Shown here piece by piece: positions 10,639 to 22,022 of a stretch of DNA of 64,000 bases (the stretch's first letter is position 1; every line of letters starts with the position of its first letter). Both the position numbers and the translations under genes were made by a program. Location of the stretch: positions 73,641-137,640 of the forward strand of contig NIVC01000373.1 of assembly GCA_002269645.1 (NCBI GenBank). The letters run 5' to 3'. This DNA comes from Macrostomum lignano (Eukaryota). Below the pieces are notes generated by a model. The model was not told the origin of the DNA, did no database searches, and saw nothing but the letters and a program-made list of their open reading frames with translations.

Positions 10639-13600
10639 ATGTCAGAGTGGATCAAGTGTGAGTCTTCTAAGAGCCTGGACTTGCTCAGCTCGTCCGTCTT
10701 CGTCAGCGTGTCGGGCTGGCTGGCGGACTCCGCCTACTCGCTGACGTACGAGAACCGTACGAAGGAGACTCTGAACGACGTGCGCTTCGTGTTCCCAGTG
10801 GACGACTCGTCGACGGTGTACCGCCTGCAGGCGGAGCTGAACGGCCGCACCATCGAATGCGAGTGCAGGGAGAAGTCGGAGGCGGAGTCGGCGTACCGGA
10901 CCGCCGTGGACCAGGGGCTGTCGGCGGCGTTCGCGGCCGAGTCGGACGACACGTCGGACCTGATGAACTTCTACCTGGGCAACGTGTCACCGGGCGGTCA
11001 GGTGAACATCCGCATGCGGTCGCTGGTAGCGCTGGAGTCTCCGGAGCGTTGGGTGGCGTCGCTGACGATTCCGCGGGTGCTGGTGCCGCGGTATCGGCCG
11101 GAGAACAGCGGTGGCGACAAACCATCGAAGCGAGCGAAGGCAGCTGCAACCGCCGGGGTTGGAGAGCCGTGGCTCTCGGAGCTTCAGCTGCGCGGCTGCG
11201 TCTCCGACGACGGCTCCGCTCAGCTGCGGCGGCTCCGGTGCAGCCAGGGTCAGTTGCTATGGCAACCAGGTCAGACCGAGTTCTCGGTGACGAAGCTCAA
11301 GCCCGACTGCGACATCGAGCTGACTGTCGAGTTCGAGGCTCCGCCGTCGGGCGCGTCAGTGTTGCGAGAGGCTGGCGAAGACGGAGACGCCGAGCTGTTC
11401 CGTCATGAGGCGGTCGCGCTGACGGCCTTCTTCGACGACTCGCAGCTGCAGAGCGCGACCGAGAAGCCCAAGGAGTTCGTCATCGTGGTGGACCGCAGCG
11501 GCTCCATGGGCGGCGACAAAATCACCGCAGCCAAGGAGGCGCTGCTGCTGTTCCTCAAGTCTCTGCCGCGCGGCTGCCACTTCAACGTCGTCAGCTTCGG
11601 CTCGAGCTTCGACAAGCTGTTCTCCTCGAGCCAGCCGTACAGCGAGTCCAAGCTGAAGGAGGCGCTCAGACTGCAGGAGCGAATGGGAGCCGACATGGGA
11701 GGCACGGAGATCCTCAAGCCGCTGCAGTGGGTGTTCGACAACCGGTCCAAGCAGTGCCACACCCAAGTGATTCTGCTCACGGACGGCGAGGTGAGCAACG
11801 TCGACCAGGTGAAGGACCTCGTGCTGAAGTGCTGCAGCGACGGCAGCGGCAGTCGCGCCTTCGCCATCGGCATCGGGCAGGGAGCCTCGACCAGCCTGGT
11901 GAAGGGCGTCGCTCGCGTCGGTCGCGGTCGTGCCGACTTTGTCCGGGGCGGCGACTCCGGACAGTTGAGAAGGTCGGTGATCGGCCTGCTGAAGGCTGCT
12001 CAGCTGCCGTGCGTCGAGGACCTGCAGCTGAGCGCGTGCACTCCCGACGGAGCCTCCGTGCTTCTGGGCACCGTGCCGAGCGACCTGAAGACCGCGCCGA
12101 TGACTCCGTTGAGCGCCTTCCTGCTGCTCCGGCCGGAGGCCACCGATCAGTCGGTGGTCATCACCGTCCGAGCCACCGTCGGGGGTCGCGACGTGACGAT
12201 CGTGTGCGACGCGGAGCCACCGATCCAACCGGAGAAGTGCAGTGCGGCGGCACCAGAGGAGGCGGAGTCAGCGACACCAGAGATCGCTTCGAAGACGGAG
12301 GCACGCGTTGCAGCCGATGAGGCTCGCGCAGACTCCCTGCTGGTGCACAGGGCGGCCGCCCGGCTGCAGCTGAAGGAGTGGGCCGACGAGAACTCGGTCG
12401 GGCAGCAGACGCGCAACATCGTGGCGCTGAGTCTCGCCGCCAACCTCGTCTCCAGCTGCACGGCCTTCGTCGGCATCGACAGGGAGTCTGAGAATCCCGA
12501 AGGGGTGTTCATCGTGCCTATAAAGGAGGAAGAAGTTAGGAATTACTGCTTGGCCAGCTGCGTAAGTCATTTGAGTGCTTTTGAATTTGTTTCCTTTTCG
12601 TAAAAAACTCGGCACTCGCCTTGGCAGGGCTTGGCGGACGGCGGCGGTTTTTTCATGCCCAGTTGTAGCAGCCCCAGGGCTTTCAAATCCGCGGCCCCGA
12701 CTCGGTCAAAGTCGTTTTTTAACTTCCGCCTGCCGTCCTTTAACCTGTTTGGCCGGAAGAGCAAAAAGACCTCTAACAGTGAGTGCCGCCCTGCTCTTGC
12801 TCCAGTGCCTGAGTAGAGGAAAGCTCAGCCGTTCCGAATATCCGTTTCAGTGAAGCGCAGTACCACGACTGACAGCTCGGCCGGCGCCAGCAGCTCGAGG
12901 GCGACAGGCGACTCGAAGTCGTGCAGTGTCGGCGACGCCGTCCTGAGAATCGCTGACAACCAGCAGTTCGACGGCCGCTGGAAGCTCAGCAGCGAGCTGC
13001 TGGGCCTGCTGAGTCTGGCCAAATCCGATGTGGAAGCCGCGAAACCTGATGGAGTTGTGAGTTTGAAGCTGGGAGGATCTGCCATCTATCTGCCATCTAT
13101 CTTCCATCTTCCTTCCATCTACCTTCCATCTGTCTTCCATCTATCTGCAGTCTATCTGCAATCTATCTGCCATCTAGCTGCCGTCTATCTGCCGTCTATC
13201 TGTTATCTATCTTCCATCTATCTTCCATCTATCTTCCATCTATCTTCAATCTATCTTCCATCTACCTTATATTTACCTTCCATCTGTCTTCCATCTATCT
13301 GCCATCTACCTTCCATCTGCATATATCTGCCACCTATCTACCATCTATCTACCATCTATCTGCCTTCAGCAACTCTCACTAAAACAGCTGCAGTTCCTGA
13401 GCCAGCATGCATCTATTGCACATCTGGGGCTTCAAAGCACTTTCTGCACCGCCCACTCCTCTATCCCAGCCTCTGGACGCCTGGTTCACTGCTCTGGTCT
13501 GCGCCCACCTGAAATCGCGGATGCAGAACCGGCGCACCGAGTGGGAGTTCCTGGTTGCCAAGGCTACGGAGTACCTGAAGTCCAGCTGCAGCTCCGATGT

Positions 13601-13670
13601 CGACCAGCTGATGACGAAGGCCAACTCGCTGATAGATGGAAATTCGGCCGCGTCTGCTTCGGGCAATTGA
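10639..13670 (+). CDS. VWA5A: VIT + vWA domain protein (VWA5A-like); exons 10639..12561, 12628..12778, 12851..13056, 13470..13670
   Basis: VIT-like N-terminus (LTYEN..FVFPVDDSSTVY..LGNV), MIDAS DRSGSMGG, LLTDGEV; C-terminal AWFTALV..EWEFLVAKA..YL; GT/AG junctions in frame. Confidence 0.85.
13079..13365. repeat. Degenerate CCATCTATCT (~10-bp) repeat in VWA5A-like intron 3
   Basis: Low-complexity C/T/A repeat between donor 13057 and acceptor 13469. Confidence 0.85.
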
Positions 13671-13717
13671 AAGTCGCGGACAAACAAATGCCTGTTTTGA
13701 GGCGTCTTTGAACAGCA

Positions 13718-14425
13718 TGTTTTGAGAACTCTTCTGAGTAGGTTTTGAAAACTCTTCTGAGTAGGTTTTGAGAACTCTTCTGAGTAAGTTTTGAAAACTC
13801 TTCTGAGTAGGTTTTGAGAACTCTTCTGAGCAGGTTTTAAGAACTCTTCTGAGCAGGTTTTGAGAACTCTTCTGAGCAGGTTTTGTGAACTCTTCTGAGC
13901 AGCAGGTTTTGTGAACTCTTCTGAGCAGGTTTTGTGAACTCTTCTGAGCAGGTTTTGTGAACTCTTCTGAGCAGGTTTTAAGAACTCTTCTGAGCAGCAG
14001 GTTTTGTGAACTCTTCTGAGCAGGTTTTAAGAACTCTTCTGAGCAGGTTTTGAGAACTCTTCTGAGTAGGTTTTGAGAACTCTTCTGAGCAGGTTGTGAG
14101 AACTCTTCTGAGTAGGTTTTGAGAACTCTTCTGAGCAGGTTTTGAGAACTCTTCTGAGTAGGTTTTGAGAACTCTTCTGAGTAGATTTTGAGAACTCTTC
14201 TGAGCAGGTTTTGAGAACTCTTCTGAGTAGATTTTGAGAACTCTTCTGAGCAGGTTTTGAGAACTCTTCTGAGTAGGTTTTAAGAACTCTTCTGAGTAGG
14301 TTTTGAGAACTCTTCTGAGCAGGTTTTGAGAACTCTTCTGAGCAGGTTGTGAGAACTCTTCTGAGTAGGTTGTGAGAACTCTTCTGAGCAGGTTGTGAGA
14401 ACTCTTCTGAGTAGGTTTTGAGAAG
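13718..14425. repeat. 23-bp minisatellite GGTTTTGAGAACTCTTCTGAGTA/CA
   Basis: About 30 tandem units just 3' of the VWA5A-like stop. Confidence 0.95.
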
Positions 14426-14883
14426 CGGTCAAACAGGATTCCTTCGTTTTTGAGAAAGTGAAGTCACTGTTGTCATCGTGTTGTATAGTCACACTTTTGT
14501 CTGTCTGCCTTTGCTTTGCCGATAATCATCATTTTTTGTTAATGTGATTTACATAGGAATATTTTAAGTGGATGCTACGCTCGTAAATGTGAAAAATAGT
14601 TTAGACCTGATCCTTTTATTGTAACTGTTATCAACCTAAAAAGAAGAATTTTGGCTGCTTTATGACAGCTTACTTCTATTCCAGCTTTTCTGGGCCTTAA
14701 GACATGCCTGTTTAGTGAAGCTCATTGAAAGCAAACTCTCTTTTTTTCATCTCAAACGTGTGTCAATTCTAGAAGCAGCTTTGTATTCAAATATATATGG
14801 GGAATTATCGTGCAAAGTTGTGCCAGATCTGTCTGGCCGTTCACTGTTGTGGCATAACATATTGTTAAATATTTTTGATTATC

Positions 14884-15530
14884 ACTACTGCCAGTAGCAT
14901 CCCTCCGCCCATAGACAACACTACTGCCAGTAGCATCCCTCCGCCCATAGACATCACTACTGCCGGTAGCATCCGTCACGCCCATAGACATCACTACTGC
15001 CAGCAGCATCCTTCACGCCCACAGACATAACTACTGCTAGTAGCATCCCCCCGCCCATAGACATCACTACTGCCAGTACTGTCAGTAGCATCCCCCCGCC
15101 CATAGACATCACTACTGCCAGTACTGTCAGTAGCATCCCCCCGCCCATAGACATCACTACTGCTAGTAGCATCCCCCCGCCCACAGACATAACTACTGCT
15201 AGTAGCATCCCCCCGCCCATAGACATCACTACTGCCAGTACTGTCAGTAGCATCCCCCCGCCCATAGACATCACTACTGCCAGTACTGTCAGTAGCATCC
15301 CCCCGCCCATAGACATCACTACTGCCAGTACTGTCAGTAGCATCCCCCCGCCCATAGACATCCCTACTGCCAGTACTGTCAGTAGCATCCCCCCGCCCAT
15401 AGACATCACTACTACCGGTAGCATCCGTCACGCCCATAGACATCACTACTGCCAGTAGCATCCCTCCGCCCACAGACATAACTACTGCTAGTAGCATCCC
15501 CCCGCCCATAGACATCACTACTGCCAGTAC
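14884..15530. repeat. 36/45-bp minisatellite (AGTAGCATCCCCCCGCCCATAGACATCACTACTGCC core)
   Basis: Tandem units with or without an AGTACTGTC insert. Confidence 0.92.
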
Positions 15531-16075
15531 CATCCATACTTGGGAAGTACTTGCACTAGCACTTGGGAAGTCGATAATAAACCAGCAGATTTGCACTCTA
15601 GAGAGCGCTGACAATCACTGGCATTCCCTCGTCTGCCAGAGAGTGGCGGCTGCTTCAGACAAAGGCAGCAGGGATCGGGGGGGGGGGGTCTGAGAGGGCT
15701 CAGTAAAAAAAAGCTGCTGCATACATGGAAATCAGCAGAGCGAAACGCGAAAGGGGGATTTCGATCTCGTCCTGTCCCCTCCCTCTGCCCAGCATCGACA
15801 CAGAAGAGCGTGCCCCCCCCCACGGCCCCGCAGTCTCTTGCTAAAGTTCCCAGCCCCCGCAGCGAGTCTGCTCAGGTTTGTTTGGAGGTAAAGACGGCAC
15901 CGCAGCTTACTGAGAGTCTGGGCTCACCGGCTGGGTGGAAGGCCATGGCAACGGGATGAGGCAGCCAAGCACCGAGACCGCAGGTATAAGCAGCTCCCGC
16001 CCCCGTGCGATCAGAGCTGCGCACCGCCTGAGTCGGGCTCGCTGAGTAAAAATTGTTAAAGCTGAGAAGCCGAGG

Positions 16076-17508
16076 ATGCTGCTGGCTCTGCTGCTGCTCT
16101 GGGCCCAGCCAGTCAGGAGACCGTCTTCGAGGTGATCAAGTCGGCCAGCGCCACGGTTCCCGGAACAGCTGACTCGGTGCCGGGCTACAGCGCCGTGGAC
16201 TGCTCGATGAAGTGCGCCCGGGCTGGCTGCTGCATTGGATTTGCCTGGGGGCGCAGCCCCTGCCGGCTCTTCAGCCTGGGCGTCTTTGGGGCCGCCTGGA
16301 CCGCCTCGGATACCAGCGACATCTTCATCCGGACTGGTGAGGCTGGGTCGCTCAAAGACCACAAGAAGCTACTTCTAAAACTTCTAGTGGTCCTTGAGGC
16401 CGCTAGCTATCAGTGTAATTGATGGATGCAGCACCTGATGGTGTGACTGATGGATGCAGCACCTGATGGTGTGACTGATGGATGCAGCACGTGATGGTGT
16501 GACTGATGGATACAGCACCTGATGGTGTGACTGATGGATGCAGCACGTGATGGTGTGACTGATGGATACAGCACCTGATGGTGTGACTGATGGATGCAGC
16601 ACGTGATGGTGTGACTGATGGATACAGCACCTGATGGTGTGACTGATGGATACAGCACCTGATGGTGTGACTGATGGATACAGCACCTGATGGTGTGACT
16701 GATGGATGCAGCACCTGATGGTGTGATGGGTAGATACAGCACTTGATGGTGATGGGTAGATACAGCACTTGATGGTGATGGGTAGATACAGCACCTAATG
16801 GTAATGGGTAGATACAGCACCTGGTGGTAATGCGTAGATACAGCACCTGATGGTGATGGGTAGATACAGCACCTGATGGTGATGGGTAGATACAGCACCT
16901 GATGGTGATGGGTAGATACAGCACCTGATGGTGATGGGTAGATACAGCACCTGATGGTGATGGGTAGATACAGCACCTGATGGTGATGGGTAGATACAGC
17001 ACCTGATGGTGATGGGTAGATACAACATTTCATGCTAGGATGCAGATAGCAGGCTGACAGACGATGGACGAATATCACGAACTGCTCAATCGCGCCATCC
17101 TCAGATCTGAAGCGGTTCCTGGGCATCGCTGGCTGCAACCAGAGCTCCCTGTCTACGGCCCAGGGCTCGGGCGGCGTCTGCAGCTTCGCTATAGATGGAG
17201 ACCGAAAGCACAAGATGAACTCCTGCAGCAACACCCAGTCCGCACCCAACCAGTGGGTGGAGGTGCAGCTGAGCCGGCCGATCTTCGTCATGCTCGTCAC
17301 CCTCTACAACAACGACAACTGCTGCCCGGAGTCCCTCAACGCGTTCTCGCTGCAGGTGGACGGCGTCGAGTGCAACCGGGTGATTCGACAGACGCCGTTC
17401 ATGGTGGCCAATTTCACCTGCAGGGCCTACGGCAGCCGGGTTCGGGTGCTCAGCCTGCTGAACATGAACCTGGCCCTGTGCGAGCTGGAGCTCTACGGGC
17501 ACCAGTGA
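16076..17508 (+). CDS. Secreted PAN/apple-like + F5/8-type C (F-type lectin-like) protein; exons 16076..16336, 17105..17508; one -1 frameshift near 16097-16100
   Basis: MLLALLLL signal-like start; Cys pattern CSMKCARAGCCIGFAWGRSPCRL; exon 2 has QSS..AIDGD..CSNT..QWVEVQL..NNDNCCPESL..LALCELELYG. One missing base is needed to join the signal peptide to the rest. Confidence 0.7.
16421..17027. repeat. 28-bp array grading into a 26-bp array in the lectin intron
   Basis: GATGGATGCAGCACCTGATGGTGTGACT followed by GATGGGTAGATACAGCACCTGATGGT. Confidence 0.93.
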
Positions 17509-18516
17509 GCACCGAAGTGGAGCATATGGACAGACGGACGCCGCAACTAAAAACAATTCTCGCTGATGTCTGAAGTACTTCTCAGAGGCTTATGGAGGGC
17601 TCTTCAACGAAAGCTGAAGATTCAAATAAATCTTAAAAATTATACAACTTTAGCAAGAGGGACGCGTCCGACTTCGGATTTAAAAGCGACCCTCTTGCTC
17701 TTTATTTATCTTTAGCTCTCTGCCTCTATATCATGTTTCCCGTCGGTGCCCCACGCATCTCATAAAGCTGGCTTTCTTAGTAGAAACTGGTAGGAACGGC
17801 CGTCTGCTGCCCAGCCAATCAGAAACAAGTGGTACCCTGATTGGCTGACCTTTTACTCTCGTCCCTTATTGGCACGCTGATTGGCTGTCTTTTTACTCTC
17901 GTCCCTTATTAGCACGCTGATTGGCTGGCTCGTCCCTATACTTTTGTAGTTTAGTTGAGACTTTCCTTCATACGAAAAAATCTGAAAATTAATTTTTTAA
18001 TAAGCTACTCATAACTGAATCCTTTGACGCGGTTTTTAGTCTCTATCTATTTGACAACAATATAATCTGTACAATGCTATGCAATACTTAAGCACGCAGT
18101 TCTAAACTTTATATATAGGATTCTTATTGAATAAAAAAAGCTATCTAAAAGCTATCTAACTCTCTAATATGACTTAAAAATTTACCTCAAAGTCTATGTG
18201 AATTAAATAAGTTTAAATTTGTGATACAGCTGCAAACATGAAGATCACTATTTTAACTTTAACTCTAAATTTCTGCTATCAATTATGCATCCAGCTCTGG
18301 GAACTCAATGCTTATTATCAGCTCCACTGTTTTCTGCCAATTTTTCCGATACATTTGAAGCGGAGTTATAAGCTCTCTGGATTTAAGGCAGGACTAATCC
18401 GTACGCTTCCTGAGGTCAAACAGGGATTTCTCCAGCGACAAATCCGCCAAAACCGGAACTGCTGGCCATCAAGATACCTCAGTGGGTTGAATGCAGGATT
18501 GGAAATGAAGTTGAGA

Positions 18517-19022
18517 GACTGGCACAGGTATGGCACAGGTGTGTCTGATGAGAGACTGGCACAGGTGTGTCTGATGAGAGACTGGCACAGGTGTGGCACA
18601 GGTGTGGCACATGTGTGTCTGATGAGAGACTGGCACAGGTGTGTCTGATGAGAGACTGGCACAGGTGTGTCTGATGAGAGACTGGCACAGGTGTGTCTGA
18701 TGAGAGACTGGCACAGGTGTGTCTGATGAGAGACTGGGTGTGTCTGATGAGAGACTGGCACAGGTGTGTCTGATGAGAGACTGGCACAGGTGTGTCTGAT
18801 GAGAGACTGGCACAGGTGTGTCTGATGAGAGACTGGCACAGGTGTGTCTGATGAGAGACTGGCACAGGTGTGTCTGATGAGAGACTGGCACAGGTGTGTC
18901 TGATGAGAGACTGGCACAGGTGTGTCTGATGAGAGACTGGCACAGGTGTGACACAGGTGTGTCTGATGACATACTGGCACAGGAGGGTCTGAGAAGATAC
19001 TGGCACAGGTGTGGCACAGGTG
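18517..19022. repeat. 26-bp minisatellite CTGATGAGAGACTGGCACAGGTGTGT
   Basis: About 17 tandem units. Confidence 0.95.
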
Positions 19023-19814
19023 TGCCTGATTATAAGTTTGGACAATGAGAAGTACAGAGGGGCTCAGTCAAGACCCGTACTGATGCGGCAGATACCCGGA
19101 CAGCCGCCACAGCCGCAGAGCAGGCGGATTCAGGTTGCCTCAAGCAGCTGACTAATTACTGGGCATGGGAGCGGCGGCCCGCACAGTCCCACTATTAGAT
19201 GAGCAAAAGAAGACAGAGGCCGCCCGGCCGCAGCCTTGGCACAGGAAATTCGCAACACAATATTGCTTGAGAGAAGGGCAAAGGAAGAAAAGACGGGGTG
19301 GAGGGGCGGAGCGCGGCAGTCACAGCCTCGCTCAGGTGCTCCCATAGTCAGAGAGGAGAAAACTTGTATGGGAAAGCAAAAAGTGAAAATTTGTAGCAGA
19401 ATCCCGCACAGCCTCCGCCGTGCTCCATCATCTGCTGCCGCTCGAGCTCGAGGGGCTTCCCGTCCTGCCATCCGCCGAGCTCCGCGGCAGGTCTCAGCTG
19501 CGCTTCCCCTGCCTTCCCGCTGCTCCCATGCTCATTTGTATCCGGGGCGCAAAACTCGGCACCTGCTACGCGAGTGGGAGATCCCGCAGTCCCGCTTTGC
19601 TCACGGGAGACTTGGCGCGGCAGGTGATGCTCCCGAAACAATATCAAATGCAAAATTAGGAGCATAAAATGAGAGGTAAACAGGTCGCATGTGAGCTCGC
19701 AGGGAGAGGATGAAGCCTCACGTTTAAACTCGTAGGAAACGGTTGTTCTGACCAGAGCTTTATTTACCAGAAGTGCGAGCCCAGAGCATGGAAATTTCAG
19801 TTTCAGGCGAAGCG

Positions 19815-20402
19815 TCAGAAGAAAGTCGTCGTTGCCGCGCGCTGCGACTGCAGGTCGGCGAAGTCGCAGCCGAGACTGTCGCCGACGCCAAATCCGCAGC
19901 CGCTGTGGTTCGGCGTCAAACAGCTGCTGCCGCCGCCTCCGCCGCCTCCGCCGCCTCCGACGCCGCCGCTGCCGCCGCCGCCGCCTCCGCCAAGCGGCTT
20001 CTTGCGGAAGGCGCGCATGGCCATGGAAATCCCGGCTGCAGTGCTGCCGCCCGTGCGGCCGCTCCCGCCGCCGCTGCTGCCGACCCCGCCGCCGCCACCG
20101 CCGCCGCCGCCGCCGCTGCCAACACCGCCGCCGCCGCCGCTGCTGCCCCCGCCTCCGCTGATGACGCAGCGGTCCTGCTGCTGTAGCCGGCGAAGGTGGC
20201 GTCGGGGATGGCAGACGGCGGCAGACACCGGGTCGTGCCAGCGGCCCTGCTTCCGGCGAGCGTGGTGCCTGGCGAAGGAGAAGACAAGGAAGGCCACGAA
20301 CAGGAGGCCGATGGTCAGGTGGATGGCCCACACCGGCGGAGGGGACAGGCTGCTGAGCGGCTCCGTCGGGGTTGTCGTCTCTGGCGTCGGAGCTGTCGGC
20401 AT
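19815..20402 (-). CDS. Orphan single-pass membrane protein with poly-Gly cytoplasmic tail (195 aa)
   Basis: ATG at 20402; Pro/Thr/Ser-rich N-terminus, hydrophobic VWAIHLTIGLLFVAFLVFSFA followed by basic RHHARRKQGR (positive-inside), two poly-Gly tracts. No family recognised. Confidence 0.55.
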   Translation of the reverse strand: MPTAPTPETTTPTEPLSSLSPPPVWAIHLTIGLLFVAFLVFSFARHHARRKQGRWHDPVSAAVCHPRRHLRRLQQQDRCVISGGGGSSGGGGGVGSGGGGGGGGGGVGSSGGGSGRTGGSTAAGISMAMRAFRKKPLGGGGGGGSGGVGGGGGGGGGGSSCLTPNHSGCGFGVGDSLGCDFADLQSQRAATTTFF

Positions 20403-21142
20403 GTTGTTTCGGTGCGGCCTGGCAAAGGAGCTCCGCAATGCCCGGCTTGCTAAATACCCTCTCCATTTCCACCTGCAGCGGCATTGGCTGAGCAGGGGAG
20501 GGCTGCCTGCGCACAAAATGTTGAGACTAACTTGAGCCTGAACAGCGAGTGTGTCATACGCGGAGAGAAAGGCCGGCTTGAGTCCGATTCGCTCCGTCAG
20601 CCGCTCTCTGAGGCCACCTGTTTGAGCTGCTTTGCGCTGCATGACGACTGCGCGGATCAGATGCGGTGAAGGCTCCAGCTGTGTTGCTTAGTTGCACTCT
20701 GATCTGCGCCTGATTCAGTGCTGCTTCCCTTGAGCTGTGCGGTAACTCGGGTACCCGGAGCTCTTTTGCGCAAGCGGACCAGGCTCGATTCCAAGTGCAG
20801 TCGCATTCAGTAGGAATCCCAAGCCATTTTTCACCCGTCGAATTGACCATTTTTGAACAGGAACAGGAAATTCAAGAACACGGACTACGGCTGGTAACCT
20901 ACTCAAACAGTAATCATGTCGCCAGCTCTCTCGTGCAAGAAAGAGTGCGGTATGGTTATAAAATTTCTATGGGATTAGTTAAATAAACCTTCTGGACCTT
21001 CAACAGATGGCACCAGGTGACTATGGACACCCTGTTGTGAATTTCTCTAGTTTAGCTGATCAAGACCGAACAGTGCGCAAAACTCAACTGTTGGACGACC
21101 TCAGCTAATCTCTTAAGCATTCCGTCATCACGTCATTGTCAT

Positions 21143-21733
21143 AGCTGGTTGAGCCACCCTGAGGGTCAGTACCCGAGCTGGTTGGGCCACCCTGAGGGTC
21201 AGTACCCGAGCTGGTTGAGCCACCCTGAGGGTCAGTACCCGAGCTGGTTGAGCCACCCTGAGGGTCAGTACCTGAGCTGGTTGAGCCACCCCGAGGGTCA
21301 GTACCCGAGCTGGTTGAGCCACCCTGAGGGTCAGTACCCGAGCTGGTTGAGCCACCCTGAGGGTCAGTACCCGAGCTGGTTGGCCACCCTGAGGGTCAGT
21401 ACCCGAGCTGGTTGAGCCACCCTGAGGGTCAGTACCCGAGCTGGTTGAGCCACCCTGAGGGTCAGTACCCGAGCTGGTTGGGCCACCCTGAGGGTCAGTA
21501 CCCGAGCTGGTTGAGCCACCCTGAGGGTCAGTACCCGAGCTGGTTGAGCCACCCTGAGGGTCAGTACCCGAGCTGGTTGAGCCACCCTGAGGGTCAGTAC
21601 CCGAGCTGGTTGAGCCACCCCGAGGGTCAGTACCCGAGCTGGTTGAGCCACCCCGAGGGTCAGTACCCGAGCTGGTTGAGCCACCCCGAGGGTCAGTACC
21701 TGAGCTGGTTGGGCCACCCCGAGGGTCAGTACC
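21143..21733. repeat. 33-bp minisatellite GAGCTGGTTGAGCCACCCTGAGGGTCAGTACCC
   Basis: About 18 units. Confidence 0.95.
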
Positions 21734-22022
21734 GACCGAGCCCGGGTCAGGAGGGACGCCTGGGGAGGGGACTCTCTTCTCAAGGTTTGCAAGACAAAAA
21801 TCTGGCAAAAAATTGCCCAATTCCGTAACAGAAAGGAAGTTTTATTTTATTAATCAGAATTCGCACGAGCGAAGTTGTAAGTCGGAGTAAGTCGCTTGAG
21901 ACGGCAGGTGAAAAATAGTTTGTGGCCTGGCAAGTCTCCTAAGCGCCGCTGATCTCAGACCAGGGCGCATAGTTACAGTGAATACAGGCAAAGGCAAGTG
22001 CTGCGATCTCCTTGTCGCAGCT

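Noticed and set aside
15690-15760. CTGAGAG ... GCGAAACGCG as another hammerhead
   Set aside because: Core is CUGAGAG rather than CUGANGA, and no helices close it.
17655-17940. AGGGACG ... CGTCCCT short inverted ends around duplicated GATTGGCTG units
   Set aside because: The 7-bp match is too short and there is no clear TSD.
18517-19022. 26-bp repeat containing CTGATGAG as a hammerhead/retrozyme array
   Set aside because: No GAAA partner and no helix II/III in the unit; only half of the core is present.
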